Assembly (NCBI GenBank): GCA_945893145.1
Contig: CAMDDZ010000025.1
Location: 196 to 64,195 of the forward strand
DNA from: Rhodoplanes serenus
GTDB taxonomy: Bacteria; Pseudomonadota; Alphaproteobacteria; Rhizobiales; Xanthobacteraceae
Direction: 5' to 3'
DNA: 64,000 nt
The notes under the pieces are model-generated. The model was not told where the DNA came from and ran no database searches. It was given only the letters and a program-made list of their open reading frames with translations. A program made the translations under genes and the position numbers. Below are positions 60,373 through 64,000 of this stretch, one piece after another. Position 1 is the first letter of the stretch, and every line of letters begins with the position of its first letter.

Positions 60373-61308
60373 ATGTCGGCACTTCATGGTGAGCTATTCG
60401 GCATAGCACCGGCTGATTCCCGTGGCGGAGCCGGTGCCGATCTGGGGGCGATACCAATGCTCGATCCCACCTTGTTGCCGGCAATCGGTGACATTGATGG
60501 CAAAGCGCTCAGCCGCCTCGGCTCGCTCGAAGTCCGTCTGGCGCAGACCGCGGCCGAAATCCGCCAGGCGCAGAAGCTGCGCTACCGGGTGTTCTTCCGT
60601 GAAGGTGGCGCCACCGCCGCACTGGCGAGCCGGATCATTCGACGCGATTTCGATTCCTTCGATGCCATTTGCGATCATTTGCTGGTGATCGATCATGCCG
60701 CCGAGGGCACTGGCTTGCGCGGCACGCCAGCCGTGGTCGGCACCTATCGGTTGCTGCGCCAGGACATCGCCGAACGGCACGACGGCTTCTACAGCGCGGC
60801 CGAGTTCGACGTCGGCGCGTTGGTCGCGCGCCATCGAGACTTGCGATTTCTGGAGCTCGGCCGCTCTTGCGTGCTGGCGCCCTATCGCAACAAGCGCACG
60901 CTCGAATTGCTCTGGCATGGCATCGCGGCCTATTCGGCGCAGAACCGGCCGGACGTGATGATCGGTTGCGCCAGCCTCGAGGGCACCGATCCGGACCAGC
61001 TCGCGTTGCCGCTGTCGTTCTTGCATCATCACGCGCGCGCTCCGGAGGCGTGGCGCACGCATGCGCTGCCACATCGCACGGTCGAGATGAACCGCATGCC
61101 GAAGGAGGCGATCGATCCGAAAGCCGCGCTGCGCGGGCTGCCGCCCCTGATCAAAGGCTATCTGCGGCTCGGCGCCCATGTCGGCGAAGGCGCGGTGATC
61201 GACCGCCAGTTCGGCACCACCGACGTGCTGATCGTGTTGCAGATGTCGGCGATCAAGCAGCGCTACTACACCCATTTCGGCCCAAAACCCGAGCGCGCCG
61301 CGGCGTAA
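60373..61308 (+). CDS. olsB: GNAT-family N-acyltransferase, OlsB (ornithine lipid synthesis)-like
   Basis: LEVRLAQTAAEIRQAQKLRYRVFF...AICDHLLV...GTYRLL...ELGRSCV are typical of OlsB/hemolysin-like acyltransferases. Start uncertain. Confidence 0.7.
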   Translation: MSALHGELFGIAPADSRGGAGADLGAIPMLDPTLLPAIGDIDGKALSRLGSLEVRLAQTAAEIRQAQKLRYRVFFREGGATAALASRIIRRDFDSFDAICDHLLVIDHAAEGTGLRGTPAVVGTYRLLRQDIAERHDGFYSAAEFDVGALVARHRDLRFLELGRSCVLAPYRNKRTLELLWHGIAAYSAQNRPDVMIGCASLEGTDPDQLALPLSFLHHHARAPEAWRTHALPHRTVEMNRMPKEAIDPKAALRGLPPLIKGYLRLGAHVGEGAVIDRQFGTTDVLIVLQMSAIKQRYYTHFGPKPERAAA

Positions 61309-61402
61309 CCGCGGGTCGTTGCCGCAGCCTTCCCGCCGCCTTGGCAAGCGCCTACCTTCTGCGAATTGATCCGGCGATTTCAGCCGAGAAGGAACATTTG
61401 CC

Positions 61403-62212
61403 ATGCGCACCGCTTTTGCTCTCGCACGAACATTGCCGCTGTCTTTGCTGGTCACGCTCTGCATCGCGGCCGCGCCGCAAACTGCGACCGCGCAAAGCCG
61501 GGACTACTCCACCTACGGCGTGTTCGACGTTGTGCCTTCGGACCTCGTCGCCAAAGCATTTGCGCAACCGTATGGACGCGCGCTTGCCACGCAATTTTCG
61601 GATGCGCTTGTCGAGATCGCCGATCCGGCCTGCCTCAAGACCAAGGGCCTCACCAGCGAGAAGCTCGCGGACCGTGCCCGGGCCCTTCTACTGGAACGCG
61701 GTGTATACATGCTTCAACGCACGGAGACGTTCCTGGATCGGGCGGCATTCAAGAGTTACCTCCAGGCGCGCCTCGGACGCGACGGCGTTGCCGAGTTCGA
61801 ACGCCTTCACACCGATCCGGCTGTGAAGGCCTATCTGGCGGCCGACGAGCCGGCCAAGCTCGCCTTCTTCGCCGAATATGTTCTCGAAAACGTCCGGCGC
61901 TACGTCATGATCACCCGGGTCGCGGTCAAACGGCCGTTCACTCCGCTCGAAGCGCCGATCCCGTCGATCGAGGCTCTCAATCCCACACCGCAGGTCAACG
62001 CCAAGCTCAAGGAGATGCGCGCCAATGACATGTCGGGCGCGTTGGCGCGCTACCGGGAAATGACCGCGATGGCGCAGAAGCCGTATCGCGACGCCATGAA
62101 AATGGATGTTGCGATGAAATTCGGGCCGGGCGAGTTGCTGGCGCGCCCAGGAAAGAACAACCGCGATCTATACGACGAGCTGGTGACTCTCTGCGTCGCC
62201 AAGGCGCAGTAG
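61403..62212 (+). CDS. secreted hypothetical protein
   Basis: Signal peptide LSLLVTLCIAAAPQTATA; helical and charged. No family recognised. Confidence 0.5.
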   Translation: MRTAFALARTLPLSLLVTLCIAAAPQTATAQSRDYSTYGVFDVVPSDLVAKAFAQPYGRALATQFSDALVEIADPACLKTKGLTSEKLADRARALLLERGVYMLQRTETFLDRAAFKSYLQARLGRDGVAEFERLHTDPAVKAYLAADEPAKLAFFAEYVLENVRRYVMITRVAVKRPFTPLEAPIPSIEALNPTPQVNAKLKEMRANDMSGALARYREMTAMAQKPYRDAMKMDVAMKFGPGELLARPGKNNRDLYDELVTLCVAKAQ

Positions 62213-62226
62213 GTCCAGCTTCGAGC

Positions 62227-63180
62227 CTACAGCCGGCGCAGCGCCACCTGATCGACGCGATGGTTCTCACCCTTGGTCAGGATGAGATCGGCGCGTTGCC
62301 GCGTCGGCAAGATGTTCTCGTGCAGGTTCACGAGGTTGATGCGCGACCAGATTGAGGTCGCGGTCTCGACCGCGTCGGAATCCGACAGACGTGAGTAGCG
62401 GTGGAAGTACGACTTCGGATCGCGGAATGCGGTTTCGCGCAGCGCGAGGAAGCGGCTGACGTACCAGTTCTTCAGCACCGCCTCGTCGGCGTCGAGATAG
62501 ATCGAAAAGTCGAAGAAGTCCGACACGAACGGAATGGCCTTGCCGTCCTTGGGCAGCCGTCCGGTTTGCAGCACGTTGAGGCCTTCGACAATGAGCAGTT
62601 CCGGCCGGTCGATCTCGATCCATTGGTTCGGCATCACGTCATAGACAAGATGCGAGTAGATCGGCGCGCGGGCCGGCCGGCGGCCAGCCTTCACGTCGGA
62701 GAGGAAGTGCAGCAGCGCCGGCAGGTCATAGCTCTCCGGAAAGCCTTTCTTCTCCATCAAGCCTTCGCGCTCGAGCACGGCGTTCGGCAGCAGGAAGCCG
62801 TCGGTGGTGATGAGATCGACCTTGGGAACGTTGGTCCAGCGCGCGAGCAGTGCTTGCAGCACGCGCGCAGTGGTCGATTTTCCGACCGCGACCGAGCCGG
62901 CGACGCCGATCACGTAAGGCGTCTTGGCATCCTCGGTGCCGAGGAAGCGCTGCTGCGCGCGGTGCAGACGTTGCGTCGCCGCCACATAGAGCGACAGCAG
63001 CCGCGACAGCGGCAGGTAAATGTCCTCGACCTCCTTCATGTCGAGGCGATCGTGCAGCGACTGCAGCCGGTTCACTTCGCTCGGCAAGAGCGTCATCGGC
63101 ATGTCTTCGCGCAGCGCAGCCCATTCCGTGCGCGAATAGGTCCGGTACGGCGACAACCCGTCGTCGATACGCTGTTCCAT
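62227..63180 (-). CDS. coaA: type I pantothenate kinase
   Basis: P-loop [15 protein letters not shown] and CoaA C-terminal blocks. Confidence 0.93.
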   Translation of the reverse strand: MEQRIDDGLSPYRTYSRTEWAALREDMPMTLLPSEVNRLQSLHDRLDMKEVEDIYLPLSRLLSLYVAATQRLHRAQQRFLGTEDAKTPYVIGVAGSVAVGKSTTARVLQALLARWTNVPKVDLITTDGFLLPNAVLEREGLMEKKGFPESYDLPALLHFLSDVKAGRRPARAPIYSHLVYDVMPNQWIEIDRPELLIVEGLNVLQTGRLPKDGKAIPFVSDFFDFSIYLDADEAVLKNWYVSRFLALRETAFRDPKSYFHRYSRLSDSDAVETATSIWSRINLVNLHENILPTRQRADLILTKGENHRVDQVALRRL

Positions 63181-63194
63181 CAGGATGTTCCCTG

Positions 63195-63243
63195 GCGCAT
63201 GATCTTTTCCGAAAACCGGTTCCCACTTTTCGGGATCATGCGC
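63195..63243. repeat. 49-bp palindromic REP-like element, copy 2
   Basis: GCGCATGATCTTTTCCGAAAACCGGTTCCCACTTTTCGGGATCATGCGC, in the same orientation as copy 1. Confidence 0.85.
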
Positions 63244-63572
63244 TAACGCGACGCCTTCTTGCGCGACGCCTTCTCTTGCAGGCCCGACTGCGCCTGGCGC
63301 TTGGCGAGCGCGGCCTCAACCTCGGCGAGCGTGATGTTGCGCGCCTTCAGCACCACCAGCAGGTGGTAGAGCAAGTCGCCGGTCTCCGCGATCAGCCGCT
63401 TGCGGCTCTCGCCGACCGCCGCGAGCGTGGTCTCGATCGCCTCCTCGCCAAACTTCTTGGCGCAATGGGCAACGCCCTTGTCCAAGAGCTGGCGCGTATA
63501 GGACTTATCGGCGCTGGCCTTGGCGCGCGTTTTCACGCGTCTTTCGAGGTCGGCGAGGGTGAACTGGCTCAT
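63243..63572 (-). CDS. hisE: phosphoribosyl-ATP pyrophosphatase
   Basis: [10 protein letters not shown]....KK.GEEA.E...A......[12 protein letters not shown] signature. Confidence 0.9.
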   Translation of the reverse strand: MSQFTLADLERRVKTRAKASADKSYTRQLLDKGVAHCAKKFGEEAIETTLAAVGESRKRLIAETGDLLYHLLVVLKARNITLAEVEAALAKRQAQSGLQEKASRKKASR

Positions 63573-63600
63573 GGCGTTGAAGAAATAGCATCTCTACCGG

Positions 63601-64000
63601 TTGGCGGGAACCGCCGTTAAGGTAACTTGGTATACGGCCGGCGCCGCGCTCGATTTCTGGTTCGACTTTGCCTCGACCTATTCCTATCCGGCCGCTTTGC
63701 GCATCCGGCCGCTGGCGCGCGAAGCGGGTGTCACGGTTCGCTTTCGGCCGTTTTTGCTGGGGCCTATCTTCAAGGTGCAAGGCTGGAACACCTCGCCGTT
63801 TAACGTTTATCCGGCCAAGGGCCAGCACATGTGGCACGATCTCGAACGGGTGTGCGCGGACCTTGCCCTGCCGTTCCGCCGGCCCGAGCCGTTTCCACAG
63901 AACAGCCTGCTCGCCGCGCGCGTCGCGCTGATTGGGCTCGATCGGGAATGGGGCGAGGATTTCTGCGTCGAAGTCTATCGCGCGCAATTTGGCGAAGGTG
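63601..64000 (+). CDS. 2-hydroxychromene-2-carboxylate isomerase (DsbA-like) family protein, 3' end outside window
   Basis: The frame translates to LDFWFDFASTYSYPAALRIRPLA...FRPFLLGPIFK. It is not in the ORF track because it runs off the window. The TTG start at 63601 is tentative. Confidence 0.65.
   Translation, partial: MAGTAVKVTWYTAGAALDFWFDFASTYSYPAALRIRPLAREAGVTVRFRPFLLGPIFKVQGWNTSPFNVYPAKGQHMWHDLERVCADLALPFRRPEPFPQNSLLAARVALIGLDREWGEDFCVEVYRAQFGEG

Overview
High-GC (~64-65%) chromosomal segment with alphaproteobacterial gene order, closest to Nitrobacteraceae/Bradyrhizobiaceae: pheST, dnaK-dnaJ-pmtA, hrcA/grpE, rph-rdgB-hemW, lpoA-like/rsmI/yraN, gshB, comM, cysG-DUF2849-cysI-DUF934, coaA-hisE. 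It is mostly housekeeping. I recognised no rRNA, tRNA, CRISPR array, transposase or integrase. The main exception is a lower-GC segment of about 5.8 kb (about 8621-14490) lying between a yiiX-like gene and a cysZ-like gene. It carries a RatA/COQ10-type START gene with an in-frame TGA at a conserved Trp codon, and a menA-like prenyltransferase with a tandem-DUF2892 membrane protein. It also carries a divergent three-gene operon encoding a NapC/NirT-type tetrahaem cytochrome, a five-CXXCH periplasmic cytochrome and an FdnI-like dihaem cytochrome b, with no catalytic subunit. I read this as a horizontally acquired, uncharacterised quinone-linked electron-transfer module, and it is the best novelty candidate in the window. 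Other signals:
- an exact sigma32-type promoter upstream of dnaK
- an alphaproteobacterial LexA box between comM and a 59-aa ORF missing from the ORF track
- two copies of a 49-bp palindromic REP-like element with a compensatory stem change
- other GC-rich hairpin blocks
- an inverted heptamer-repeat hairpin that encodes the C-termini of two convergent genes
All functional calls come from motif and family recognition by eye; no database searches were run. Many long ORFs antisense to real genes are high-GC shadow ORFs and were rejected.
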